A stretch of DNA of 50,867 nt from Chiloscyllium plagiosum (GCF_004010195.1 NC_057752.1:3102222-3153088); one strand, 5' to 3'; counted from the first letter of the stretch, positions 36,527 through 48,667 are shown. The notes: generated by a model not told the origin, from the sequence alone. A program made the numbers and translations.

Positions 36527-36815
36527 CAGAGTCACAGAGATAGAGTCAGACAGCATGGAAACAGACCCTTCGGTCCAACTAGTCCATGCCGACCAGATAT
36601 CCCTAACCTAATCTAGGCCCATTTGCCAGCACATGGCCCATATCCCTCCAAAACCTTCCTATTCATATACCCATCCAGAAGCCTTTTAAATGCTATAATT
36701 GTATCAGCCTCCACCACTTCCTCTGGCAGCTCATTCCACACACGTACCACCCTCTGTGTGAAAACGTTGCCCCTTAAGTCCCTTTCCCAACTCACCTTAA
36801 ACCTATACCCTCAAG
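36527..36815 (-). mobile_element. CR1/HER1 LINE 3' fragment
   Basis: RDLRGNVFTQRVVRVWNELPEEV on the minus strand. Confidence 0.9.
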
Positions 36816-36895
36816 TTTTGGAATATTTTATGATTGTCGTCCACTTCAACCCCATCATCCTCAACCCTCACCATCCTCACCCCCTCATCCCCCCT

Positions 36896-37596
36896 NNNNN
36901 NNNNNNNNNNNNNNNNNNNNNNNNNNNNNNNNNNNNNNNNNNNNNNNNNNNNNNNNNNNNNNNNNNNNNNNNNNNNNNNNNNNNNNNNNNNNNNNNNNNN
37001 NNNNNNNNNNNNNNNNNNNNNNNNNNNNNNNNNNNNNNNNNNNNNNNNNNNNNNNNNNNNNNNNNNNNNNNNNNNNNNNNNNNNNNNNNNNNNNNNNNNN
37101 NNNNNNNNNNNNNNNNNNNNNNNNNNNNNNNNNNNNNNNNNNNNNNNNNNNNNNNNNNNNNNNNNNNNNNNNNNNNNNNNNNNNNNNNNNNNNNNNNNNN
37201 NNNNNNNNNNNNNNNNNNNNNNNNNNNNNNNNNNNNNNNNNNNNNNNNNNNNNNNNNNNNNNNNNNNNNNNNNNNNNNNNNNNNNNNNNNNNNNNNNNNN
37301 NNNNNNNNNNNNNNNNNNNNNNNNNNNNNNNNNNNNNNNNNNNNNNNNNNNNNNNNNNNNNNNNNNNNNNNNNNNNNNNNNNNNNNNNNNNNNNNNNNNN
37401 NNNNNNNNNNNNNNNNNNNNNNNNNNNNNNNNNNNNNNNNNNNNNNNNNNNNNNNNNNNNNNNNNNNNNNNNNNNNNNNNNNNNNNNNNNNNNNNNNNNN
37501 NNNNNNNNNNNNNNNNNNNNNNNNNNNNNNNNNNNNNNNNNNNNNNNNNNNNNNNNNNNNNNNNNNNNNNNNNNNNNNNNNNNNNNNNNNNNNNNN
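36896..37596. other. Assembly gap (701 N)
   Basis: Run of N; both flanks contain C-rich CACCCCCTCATC. Confidence 0.99.
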
Positions 37597-38369
37597 CCAC
37601 CCCCTCATCAGGGGTAGGGGAAATGAGGAAACTGGTGAAATCCGAGTTGTCTGACAGGTTCATTTGGAAGCACTAGCTTTCGGAGCGCTGCTGCTTCTAC
37701 AGGTAGCTGTCCCCACCCCTATCCTGGCCCCCACTCAGAGTGAAACATTCTGGCCCCCTGGCTTGTCAGAGGGTGATACTAATCCAGGCTGTGGTACTTG
37801 TCAAATAGGGAAAGGTAATATCAGTGGGATGAATCGATGCCCTCTGTGTGCCACCCATATGACCACCCACGGTTCCCTCAGGATGTGGAAGAGCTTGGAT
37901 TCCTCGCTTGAGCTACTAATCAGGTCATGACCACGTGCAGCTTTGGAACGTACCGATGCTGAGAACACAACTTCGTTAACCAGCTTCAGTTAACAAGGAA
38001 TCAGACCTGCTGTTCAGTTCAGGCCGCTTGTTAGGAGCTCACCTGCCTAGCTTTCTCGCACGGGAAAATTGACAAAAAAAGAGAGTCCGCCATCGATTTT
38101 TTTCTGTCATATGAACCTGTCAAACTGATGGACTGTACTTCTTTTCAGCTGACTGCAATGATTGAGTGAAATTTAAAAAAAACATAAAATATTCCATGGT
38201 TTGCTTTACAAGAATACAATGTACAGCAAGGGCTTCGCAAAAGGAAGCTGAATGCTTCATCAATGCCCCTTCATCATCTGCTCTGATAAATGGCTGGCTT
38301 CCCACCCAGCAAGGAGCATCAGCCTTCATATTCATTCTCTGGCATCAGCCCATGTCGACATGTCAGTCA

Positions 38370-38790
38370 AGAACACACCACAGCACCTCTATTTCGTCCA
38401 CAAAGACTCTCCCCAATTTTTACAGATGTACCACAGAAAGCATTCTATCCAGATGGATCACGGCTTGGTACGGCAACTGCTCTGCCCAGGGCTGTGAGAA
38501 ACTACAGGGAGTTGTGAACACAGCCCAGTCCATCACCCAAACCAACCTCCCATCCACTGGCTCCATCTACACTTCCCACTGCCTCGGGAAGGCAGCAACA
38601 TCATCAAAGACCCCTCCCACCCTGAGTAGACAGGCAGGAGGCTGGAAGAACACAGCAAGCCAGGCAGCACCAGGAGGTGGAGATGTCAATGTTTCAGGTT
38701 AACCTTTCTTCAGGACCAGCTGAGGTTATACTCTTTTCCAGCCTCTGCTGGTGGGCAGAAGATAAAAGTTTGAACAGTCGATGAATAGCC
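38370..38790 (+). mobile_element. Rex1/Babar-type LINE fragment, interrupted by a Penelope-derived piece (~38626-38716)
   Basis: NFYRCTTESILSRWITAWYGNCSAQGCEKLQGVVNTAQSITQTNLPS..IYTSHCLGKA is typical of the Rex1 ORF C-terminus; insert matches the left arm of 44832-45050. Confidence 0.8.
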
Positions 38791-38796
38791 AGGGGT

Positions 38797-39087
38797 ATTA
38801 GATTAGCTTCGCTACCCAGTGTGAAAACAGGCCCTGTGGCCCAACCAGTCCACACCGACCCTCTGAAAGGCAACCCACTCAGACCCATTTCCCTCTGGCT
38901 AATTCACCTAACATGATGGGTAATTTAGCATGGCCAATTTACCTGACCTGCACAACTTTGGGCTGTGGGAGGAAACCCACGCAGAGAGAATGTGCAAACT
39001 CCACACAGTCGCCTGAGGCTGGAATCGAACCTGGGTCCCTGGTGCTGTGAGGCAGCAGTGCTAACCACTGAGCCACCATGCCACCCC
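38797..39087 (-). mobile_element. HE1-type V-SINE
   Basis: Reverse complement of head, V-domain and tail. Confidence 0.9.
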
Positions 39088-39869
39088 TTTAGTAAAGCCT
39101 ATAGACCATGGACACCCGCTGCAGGATGATGCCTCCATGCACTACTTGTCACTAAAATGGGCCAGTTGGCATATTAACCAGCAGGCAGGGCCCTGGTCCA
39201 TAGGGCAGTCAGTCTGCCCACCGTCTTGTGGCATGCAAGGTACCCATCGGGCAGCCAGCTTGGTTGCCAGGGAGTGTAGGCACCCAAACCCCTTCGCCCA
39301 CTGCAGCCTCACCCAGCGTGTCTCAGATTGGGCTCTGGCTGCCACTTCAGCTTTGATCTCCTGCTCGGCTGCCTTTTACCCTCCCACCAGCCGAAACTGT
39401 GCCCACTTGCTGGGCAAAAGGTTCAGGCATTTCATTGTCCCCAAAGGCTTCCAATTGGGTGGCTGCTTCTGTCAGGTTGCTGTAACCCCAGCTGTGCATC
39501 AGTGATTTATTGTGCAGAGAGGTAGTGAATTAGGTTATACGGTGTAATAACTGATAGAAGAGAGTGATTGCTTCATAATAAAACACTATCAAGCTTCTCA
39601 CAGCCAATCTCTTTAAACCTCCGCACAACAAAGCTGCCCTCCCTTACTGTGTCTAGCCCTCAGTGCTTCCCAGCATTTGACAACGAACCTCTGCTTTCTC
39701 AGTCACTTCTCCAGTCCATACCTCTCATTGCACGTTTGTTTCAAACCCCGTGTGATGTTGCGAGTCTGTCTTTTTCACGCTCTCTCCTCCTGCTCTGAGC
39801 TGCTTTGACATGTCTCCCAAAGTACACGACCAATCGCACCCACATGATTCAGGAAAGCTAACTCAAAAA

Positions 39870-40051
39870 AAAAACCGAAAGGACTGCGGGTGCTGTAAAT
39901 CAGAAACAAACGCGGAAATGGCTGGAAAAGCTCACCAGGTCTGGAAGCATCCAGTGAAGAGAGAAATCAGAATTAACCCTGAAGAGGGTCGCCCGACCCA
40001 TAGCGTTAGCTCTGATTTCTCACTTCACGGATGCTGCCAGACCTGCTGAGC
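39870..40051. mobile_element. Palindromic Penelope-derived insert, degenerate hammerhead
   Basis: GCTCACCAGGTCTGGAAGCATCC..GAGAAATCAGA / TCTGATTTCTC..GGATGCTGCCAGACCTGCTGAGC arms around CTGAAGAGGGTCGCCCGACCC. Confidence 0.65.
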
Positions 40052-40491
40052 CATTTCTGCTTAAAGCGAAGTCACATGACATCTCAAAGCCTGAGGCCTC
40101 CTCACTTCCAATGCTTTATTTGCCACAACTGGGATTTCCAACATTATTTCCAACTCTATTTTCTAATGTTACCCTGTGGAGGAAAAGTTGCATAGGATGG
40201 AATGGAGCCCAAATACCTAGAAAGAGGTTGGTCAATGATGAAGTAGAAAGTATTAGTAATGAGTTCACCTCAAACGCTGGGGGCGTACTATTTTAAGAGA
40301 GCAGCAATCTAGCCTGGGAAAATGCTCCTCGTTGATTGGATGCACTAGCAGAGAATTAAGGGCGTAGGCTTGGCTCAGCATACGCACCTCTGGATTACAG
40401 GAAAAGTTCCAATCAAAGACTTGAGCCAATAAGCTAGGCTGACACTCCTCTGCTGTACTGAGGGAGTGCTGCGCAATTGGAGGCACTGTCA

Positions 40492-41110
40492 CAGAGTCAT
40501 GGACATGTACAGCACAGAAACAGACCCTTCGGTCCAACTCGTCCATGCTGACCAGATATCCTAACCTAATCTAGTCCCACTTGCCAGCATTTGACCCATA
40601 CCCCTCCAAACCCTTCCTATTCATATACCCATCCAGATGCCTTTTAAATGTTGTAATTGTACCCACCTCCACCACTTCCTCCGGCAGCTCATTCCATACA
40701 CGCACCACCCTCTGTGAGAAAACGTTGCCCCTCAGATCCCTTTTATATCTTTCCCCTCTCATCCTAAACCTATGCCCTCTAGTTCTGGACTCGCCCACCC
40801 GAGGGGGAAAAGACCTTGGCTATTTACCCTATCCATGCCCCTCATGATTTTATAAACCTCTATAAGGTCACCCCATAGCCTCTGCTCCAGGGAAAACAGC
40901 CCCAGCCTGTTCAGCCTCACCCTATAGCTCAAATCCTCCAACCCTGGCAACATCCTTGTAAATCTTTTCTGAACCCTTTCAAGCTGAGCAACATCTTTCC
41001 TGTAGCAGGGAGACCAGAGCTGAATGCCGTATTCCAAAAGTGACCGAGCCAATGTCCTGTACAGCCGTAACATGACCTCCCAACACCTGTACTCAATACT
41101 CTGATCAATA
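40492..41110 (-). mobile_element. CR1/HER1 LINE 3' fragment
   Basis: LEYGIQLWSPCYRKDVAQLERVQKRFTRMLPGL..WNELPEEV. Confidence 0.92.
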
Positions 41111-41146
41111 GCCTTTCGATAGGTTGACAAATAAAAGCCACATTTT

Positions 41147-41658
41147 AGCCCCACGCTCCTGATCTTCGGGCACCCGGTACGGAGGAGGGAGGGCAGGTCT
41201 GAAGACCTCCTCGTGGGTCTACTCCTGGGCCTGGCCAAACTGGCCATCAACAGGTCCAGGCAGCGGGCCGTGGAGGGAGTCGTTAGGGCCGACTGCCTGC
41301 CCCTTTTCCGCGGTTACGTTAAATCCCGGGTGTCCTTGGAGAAGGAGCACGCGGTGTTGACCAACACCCTGGAGTTGTTCAGGGAGAAGTGGGCGCCGCA
41401 GGGAGTGGAGTGCATTATTTCCCCCTCCAACTGTATTTTGATTTAGTTCCTACCCTCCCCTTCACTGTTTGATGTGAAGGGCACTGCTTGTCACTGGCTA
41501 CTCGGGTGTTTTCCTATCTTCCTGGTGGTGGAAATTGAATAAAAATTTGTGCATTTTGTGTCTCTCACTGTGTCTCACACCTGCACACACACACACACCA
41601 TGGGTGCTGGGGAAAAAATAAAATAAAATAAAGAAATAAAAGAAAAAAAGAGTATAAA
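41147..41658 (+). mobile_element. 5'-truncated Tx1-type LINE with A-rich tail
   Basis: FSPTLLIFG..GLLLGLAKLAINRSR..LFRGYV..W ORF2 C-terminus, stop at 41446, AATAAA, A-rich tail; 14-bp TSD AAAAGCCACATTTT (41133-41146, 41659-41672). Confidence 0.85.
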
Positions 41659-41977
41659 AAAAGCCACATTTTCTCTTTCAGGTGAACATAAAAGATCGCA
41701 GGACACGATTTCAATGGAGAGCAAAGCTCAAACCATTAACTCAGTTTCTCTCTCTCTCCTCAGATCTCTCAGTGTGTCTCACACCTGCACACACACACAC
41801 ACACACACACACCATGGGTGCTGGGGATAAAATAAAATAAAAAAAAGAAATAAAAGAAAAAAGAGAAAAAAAAAGGCACATTTTCTCTTTCAGGTGAACA
41901 TAAAAGATCGCAGGACACGATTTCAATGGAGAGCAAAGCTCAAACCATTAACTCAGTTTCTCTCTCTCTCCTCAGAT
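41561..41977. repeat. Tandem duplication of ~205-212 bp spanning the Tx1 3' end and its flank
   Basis: 41561-41765 vs 41766-41977; differences mainly in (CA)n and A-tract lengths. Confidence 0.92.
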
Positions 41978-42122
41978 ACATCCAGACCTGCTGAGTTTCT
42001 CCAGTGTTCTCTGTGTCTGTCTGAAATTTCCAGTATCTGCAGGGATTTGCTTTGACTTGAAACTCAGGTCACACTCTGGGCTGTGGTGGACCTGTGTAGT
42101 GTTAGGCATTGCACATTGTGTC

Positions 42123-42334
42123 GAGAGTGGTGCTGGAAAAACACAGCAGGCCAGGCAGCATCCGAGGAGCAGGGGATTCGACGTTTCAGGCATAAGCCCT
42201 TCTTCAGGAAAGAAGGGCTTATACCCAAAATGTCGATTCTCCTGCTCCTCGGATGCTGCCTGGCCTGCTGTGTTTTTCCAGCACCACTCTCGACTCTGGT
42301 TTCCAGCATCTGCAGTCCTCACTTTCTCCTAATC
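42123..42334. mobile_element. Palindromic Penelope-derived insert with mutated hammerhead motifs
   Basis: ~85-bp inverted arms centred near 42207; TSD GCACATTGTGTC (42111-42122, 42335-42346); same family as the terminus at 20164-20290. Confidence 0.85.
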
Positions 42335-42834
42335 GCACATTGTGTCTCAATGTCTGAATTCAAAACATTTTAATTGTACGTTTTGTCTTTTCATATGTTC
42401 CCTTGCCGTTATAATTCAGACAAATCTGCTACCAGCCTGTACACACTGAAAATGAAGCCTAACAATTCACTTACTTATTTCAGAATGGAATCTTTTGAGC
42501 ACTTTCTTAATCATGCAGAAGGAGTACTTGGTGTCTATTTATTATCGTCACAACTTCATTTGGTCCCATTGGTTTGGACCTCATCCCAGTGCAGCAGCCT
42601 CCTGGCTGCGCAAACACAGATAGAGTGCTAACTTGGCCAAACAGCAAGGGATGCTGGGTACGTTGGCAACATAAAGCTCTGAAGCCACAAAGCCCACACA
42701 CCAGACCTAGTGCAAACACAGCAGCCAGGTGCTAATGACATTAGCATCATGTACAAAGGCAACAGTTATCCTGGACAGACATGCCCCCAACAATTTATCT
42801 GCTCAATAAAGGAGAGCCTGGTCCACAAAGAAAC

Positions 42835-43170
42835 TATAAGACCATAAGACATAGGAGCACAACTAACACCATTCATCCCATCGAGTCTGCTCTGCGATTC
42901 AACCATGGCTGATAAGTTTCTCAACCCTATTCTCCTGTTTTCTCCCCGTAACCCTTGATCCCTTTGATACTCAAGAACCTATCTATCTCAGTCTTAAATA
43001 TCCTCAATGACCTGGCCTTCCGTGGCAATGAATTCCCCAGATTCCCCAATCTCTGAGTGAAGACATTTCTCCTTATCTCCATTCTAAAAGGTCTTCCATT
43101 TACTCTGAGGCTGTGCCTTCGGGTCCTCATCTCTTCCTACCAATCTTCCCAACATCCACTCAGTCTTATG
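42835..43170 (-). mobile_element. Old CR1-type LINE 3' fragment
   Basis: (CATAAGAC)n tail; RTRRHSLRV..FTQRLGNLGNSLP. Confidence 0.8.
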
Positions 43171-44831
43171 GTATTTGTAGTGATTTGACCACTTCAGTAT
43201 TGTGGGGACACCTGGGCAAACACATTTGGAACACTCTGGTCAGAGTGGTTGAAATTGTTTTAAGGAGAGAGACGCCAACATGGAAAAGCCCCAGGAGGTG
43301 CATTCTTAATGCAAGCAAGCAAGTGGTAAATTCAGCAGCGACACCTCAAGGTAGGCAGGAAGAGTCGCAGAGTCTGCTGATCAGCAGAAGGCAAGAGCAA
43401 GCCACTGCAGCAGTCTCTGGCCAGCGTGACCATGGAGCAGAGGCTGTGGTCACTGAAATGACTCTACAGACATCGGTGTCCCATCACCCTTTATTTACAC
43501 CCACCCAGCTCCCTCACAGCCAAAATGAACTGAACCTGTGACCCTCCTGTCAGCCAGGACTCCCTGATCAGACCTGATTAACAGCCCCAACTCATATTCT
43601 CTGGTGTCCACTGGGCTGATCTCGTTACAATCATTCCAGTCAGCACCATTGCCTTTGGCTCTGGTACCTAGACAGAAAGCCCCAAGGTCAGTCATTATTC
43701 CTGCTAATGAGTAGGTGATATAATTGATGACTCAAACAGCCTTAGGCCATAGAAACATCAGAAGGGTTAGAATTTGAAGTGGTGGACACAGATTCAAGAC
43801 TCACTTTCGATAAGGAATGAGATAACTACTTCAAGGAGCAGAATGAAAATAAAAACCACTGGGAGATGGGGAAAGGAAAGTAGACTGGGACTCACTCTTG
43901 GAAAGAGCCAGGGCAGACCAGATGGGCTGAGTGGCTGTAATATTTACGAATCCATGATGTCAGCCTGTTTGAACAATGCGCCGATGTCAGGGAAAGGTCC
44001 CAGAGATCACAGCACAGCAAGTAATGTCAGCGATAGCTTCACGTCAATGCCAAAGCTCTCCTGAGATGTTGGCACTGTTTCCCTGACTGACTAGGCCCCA
44101 GGCCTCCATTACAACCAACGGTGGGCTCACTGACTCAAAGCCAGTGACAATCATCGCAGCTTCACATTGTTCTGCTGAGGACAAGCACCTGGGGAAGCGA
44201 TGGCCTTGCAGTATTATCACTGAGCTGCTCACCCAAAAGAGCCAGATAATGTCCTAAGGGCCTGTGTTCGAATCCCACCTTGGCAGGTGTGGAATTTGAA
44301 TTCAATAAAAAATCTGGAATCTAATGATAAACAGGAGTCCTTCAAGGAAGGGAACTGCTGGTCTGGCCTATGTGTGACTCCAGACCCCCAGCAATGTGGT
44401 TGACTCCCGGTGCTCTCTGGGGTAGGCAATAAATGCTGGCCGAGCCAATGATTCCCTTGGGCAATTCTTTAAAAAAAATGGAACAGGCACCCATCGCAAG
44501 CAGGGTAACATCTCTGCTGGATGTTACAAAATAAATGCTATCTTGTTTGTAACTCTTCCTCATCAGATCGTATTGATTTGACAGAACAGTTACAGTGTCA
44601 CCTCCTTTGGAGACGATACAGTGAAGGGAATCGAGAACAGGAGAGTCTCAGGATATGGGAGCTCTCAGGACTGCGATGGGGGAAGAACGTCTCCGCTCAA
44701 AGGGCTGTGAGTCTGGGGAGTTTTCTGCCCCAAAGGGATGTTGAATAAATTAGACAGAGGAATCAAGGGATTAGCAGTGTGGATGGGAAAGTCAAGTCAA
44801 GTCAGAAGACCAGCTATGGTCATATTGAATG

Positions 44832-45050
44832 TAGACAGGCAGGAGGCTGGAAGAACACAGCAAGCCAGGCAGCATCAGGAGGTAGGGAAGTCGATGTTTT
44901 GGGTGGAACTCTCCTTCAGGACTGAAGAGGGGTTAATACCCGAAACGTCAACTTCTCCACCTCCCGATGCTGCCAGGCTGGTTGTGTTCTTCCAGCCTCC
45001 TGCCTATCTACCTTGGATTCCAGCATCTGCAGGTTTCTTTTTTGTCTCTA
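44832..45050. mobile_element. Palindromic Penelope-derived insert nested in a CR1 tail; intact hammerhead core on + strand
   Basis: Arms GTAGACAGGCAGGAGGCTGGAAGAACAC.. / ..GTGTTCTTCCAGCCTCCTGCCTATCTAC; CTGAAGA-G-GGGT-TAAT-ACCC-GAAAC-GTC at 44922-44949; degenerate 23-bp duplication at 44809-44831 / 45051-45073. Confidence 0.8.
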
Positions 45051-45189
45051 ACCAACCATGGTCGTATTGTATGGCGGAGTAGTGCTGACGGGCAGAATGG
45101 CCTGCTCCTGTTCCTTGATTCGGAGTGAGGTATAATGATGGCCTGTGTTTCCTGTGCGCCCCGTGTGTGACATTTTGCCAGTGTGTATG

Positions 45190-46340
45190 TCATAGAGTCA
45201 TAGAGATGTACAGCACAGAAACAGACCCTTCGGTCCAACCCGTCCATGCTGAACTGATATCCCAACCCAATCTAGTCCCACCTGCCAGCACCCAGCCCTT
45301 ATCTGTCCAAACCCTTCCTGTTCAAGTACCTATCCAAATGCCTTTTAAATCCTGTAACTGTACCAGCCTCCACCACTTCCTCTGGCAGCTCATTCCATAC
45401 ACGCACCACCCTCTGCGTGAAAATGTTGCCCCTTAGATCTGGCTTAGAAAGAATGGAAATGAAGAGACATTTCTTTAGCCAGAGAGTGGTGGGCCTGTGG
45501 AATTCATTGCCACGGGAAGCAGTGGAGACCCGGACTTTAAATGTCTTCAAGGCAGAGAATGACAAATTCTTAACCTCGCAAGGAATTAATGGATACGGGG
45601 AGAGTGTGGGTCAGTGGAATTGAACCACCCATCAGCCATGATCAAATGGCGGAGTGGCCTCGATGGGCCAAATGGTCTTGCTTCCACTCCTATGTCTTAT
45701 GGTCTCTTTTATATCTTTCCCCTCTCACCCTAAACTATTATGGTCTTATGGTCTCTTTTATATCTTTCCCCTCTCACCCTAAACTAATGCCCTCTAGTTC
45801 TGGACTCCCCCACCCCAAGGAAAAGACTTTGTCCCTCATGATTTTATAAACCTCTATAAGGTCACCCCTCAGCCTCCAACACTCCAGGGAAAACACCCCT
45901 CAGCCTATTCAGCCTCTCCCTACAGCTCAAACCCTCCAACCCTGGCAACATCCTTGTAAGTAATTTCTGAATCCTTTCAAGTTTCACAACATCTTTCCGA
46001 TAGGAAGGAGACCAGAATTGCACGCAATATTCCAACAGTGGCCTAACCAATGTCCTGTGCAGCCGCAACATGACCTCCCAACTCCTGTACTCAATACTCT
46101 GACCAATAAAGGAAAGCATACCAAACGCCTTCTTCACTATCCTATCCACCTGCGACTCCACTTTCAAGGAGCTATGAACCTGCACTCCAAGGTCTCTTTG
46201 TTCAGCAACACTCCCTAGGACCTTACCATTAAGTGTATAAGTCCTGCTAAGATTTGCTTTCCCAAAGTGCAGCACATCGCACTTATCTGAATTAAACTCC
46301 ACCTGCCACTCCTCAGCCCATTGGCCCATCTGGTCCAGAT
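45190..46340 (-). mobile_element. CR1/HER1 LINE 3' ~0.85 kb with an opposite-strand CR1 tail nested at ~45437-45703
   Basis: ORF 45862-46329(-) WQVEFNSDKCDVLHFG..RDLGVQV..VRPLLEYCVQFWSP; host breaks at CCCCTTAGATCT and resumes GGTCTCTTTTATATC. Confidence 0.92.
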
Positions 46341-47416
46341 CCCGTGTGCCGGATGTTTCTCGGTGTTAGCTCCTCCTTGGCTAACGGGCATTCCCCTGGG
46401 ATGGGCACAAGCACTGGGAGTTGGCACTCTTAACATCTGCCCTCTGACCTTCCCACCGACTGCCGTTTCTGTGCAGGTCAGAGAAGGGGGCCTCAGAGAG
46501 TACCGTTCGGCACAAACTACCCGTCTGCCCATTGGCAGCCAAAAGGCAGCCACAGAAGTGGGAGGCCAGTTCCTATCGGGTGCCAATGATTGGAGCATTC
46601 GGAAGGAATCAAATGCAGGGGGTCCCTCACCATGCCTCCAGTCAGTGCCTCCGAATCTGATAACGCCAGGGCTTTGAATCAAGTACCTGATCTGGGAATA
46701 CACTGTGCGAATAATCTTCTGAGCGCGTAAACAAATCGAAATCAAAGTTACTCAAGTAAAGTCAAACTGGGCCAACATCACTTCTATTTCCCCTGTAGTA
46801 AAGCAACATGCTTCATTTTTTTTAAACAAGACCAGGACTGTTACAAAAATTGTAGCTAACCGTGTTATGGGATTTAATTCATTAGAATTGCTTTTGACGT
46901 TTCTGTATTAGGCAAAGCAGCCTGGGGTGAGTACTCCTTTGAAATATGGCTGCTGTTATTTTATGAATTCATAATAAGAATTTATCAGGATCAAATCAAA
47001 ACTTAATTGGATAAGTGACATTTACACCACGCTTTATAGATCTGGCTGCTATTTTTAGCTGTTTTGATTTAACTAAAGGTGTCAGTGCTGTCTCCTGTAC
47101 ATTTTATCCACAGGATGCAGCAACACAATGAATCTTCAGAACACCTTTGAAATAATATCACTTTCCTGTTAATTATGTTCTCAGCCATGATAAATACCAG
47201 AGCGACGCAAACATTTACTGGTCCTCATGGGCTGTGCTATACATCAAGTGTTTAATGAAAGTCTCTTGCCGGCAGGATTTCAGACATGTTCAAAATTTGC
47301 CCCTTATCCTTTAATTGCCTTGGTTTCACTGTTCTATTTGGGTCATTGCAGTCTGTGGTTTTCATTCCATGGTTTTCCGCTCAGAATGCAGAAGGATTAC
47401 TGTCCATGCTCATTAT

Positions 47417-47712
47417 ATAGAATCCCTAATGTGTGGAAACAGGCCCTCAGGCCCAACCCCCGACCCATACCCCGACATTTCCCTCTGACTCATGCACCTA
47501 ACCCACACACCCCTGAACACTACGGGCAATTTCAGCGTGGCCAATCCACCTGACCTGCACATCTTTGGACTGTGGGAGGAAACCGGAGCACCCGGAGGAA
47601 ACCCACGCAGACACTGGGAAACTCCACACGGACAGTCGCCCGAGGCTGGAATTGAACCTGGGACCCTGGCGCTGTGAGGCAGCAGTGCTAACCACTGAGC
47701 CACCATGCCACC
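47417..47712 (-). mobile_element. HE1-type V-SINE
   Basis: Reverse complement of head, V-domain and tail. Confidence 0.9.
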
Positions 47713-47734
47713 CAAAGAATTGTTGGCCATCCAA

Positions 47735-48065
47735 CAAGATGATTAGGGGGTTAGACAGGGTTGACAGTGTGAACCTTTTCCCGCGTATGGAGTCGGGTAT
47801 TACAAGGGGGCATAGCTTTAAATTAAGGGGGGGTAGATATAGGACTGAAGTTAGGGGTAGGTTCTTCACTCAGCGAGTCGTAAGTTCATGGAATGCCCTG
47901 CCAGTAGCAGTGGTGGACTCTCCCTCTTTATGGGCATTTACGCGGGCATTGGATAGGTATATGGAGGATAATGGGTTAGTATAGGTTAGGTGGGCTTGGA
48001 TCGGCGCAACATCGAGGGCCAAAGGGCCTGTACTGCGCTGTATTCTTCTATGTTCTATGTTCTAT
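47735..48065 (+). mobile_element. CR1 LINE 3' fragment ((CTATGTT)n tail)
   Basis: TRGHSFKLRGGRYRTEVRGRFFTQRVVSSWNALP; TTCTATGTTCTATGTTCTAT tail. Confidence 0.9.
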
Positions 48066-48572
48066 CCGAGTCACCAATGGTGGCAAGCCAGTGGGTACAG
48101 ATGCCAATCCCAGGCAAATGTTCAGGAGGAGATGGTGATGTGGTGGTAATGGCTTTGGACCAGCAGAATGTAATAAATCTGGAATTTAAATCTCAACTTC
48201 CCCGGCATCTGACACTTTTTTTTGTCCCCTCGAAAATCTGTCTGGTTCACTAATACCCTTGAGGGAAGGGAATCTGCTGTCCGTACCCAGTCTGGCCTAT
48301 TTGTGACTCCAGACCCTGCAGCAACGTGCCTGATTCTTAACCACCCTCCGAAATGACTGAGCAAGTCGCTCGGTTCAAGGGGCACTTAGGGACGGGGGAC
48401 AATTGCTCATCTGGTGCTCATGTAGCATGAACGAAATGTTTCAAAAAATCAACATGGTGGCTCTGTGAGGATTGGGGCATGGGCTAACCATCCAGGGGCA
48501 AAGGGATATCGGAAGGAGGAAGTCCGAAGGTGTGGGGAGGGAAAAGCTTGGGCCCCATCAACAGCGGAATTG

Positions 48573-48667
48573 AGAGTGCGGTGCTTGAAAAGCACAGCCG
48601 GTCAGGCAGCATCCGAGGAGCAGGAAAGTCGAGGTTTCGGGCATAAGCCCCTCATCAGGAATGAGGC
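48573..48667 (-). mobile_element. Penelope terminal-repeat fragment with mutated hammerhead
   Basis: Minus strand CTGATGAGGGGCTTATGCCCGAAACCTC; same family as 20164-20290 and 42123-42334. Confidence 0.75.

Noticed and set aside
36623..37676. Long ORFs of 243-343 aa
   Set aside because: Artefacts of translating through the N gap
42119..42296. Long hairpins as pre-miRNAs or MITEs (also 25697-25908, 44832-45011)
   Set aside because: Arms match the Penelope terminal repeat, are asymmetric and have long 12-15 bp TSDs, unlike TIR transposons; no evidence of miRNA processing
46215..46745. 176-aa minus-strand ORF
   Set aside because: Non-ATG start, C-terminal part is off-frame CR1, no recognisable domain or splice context
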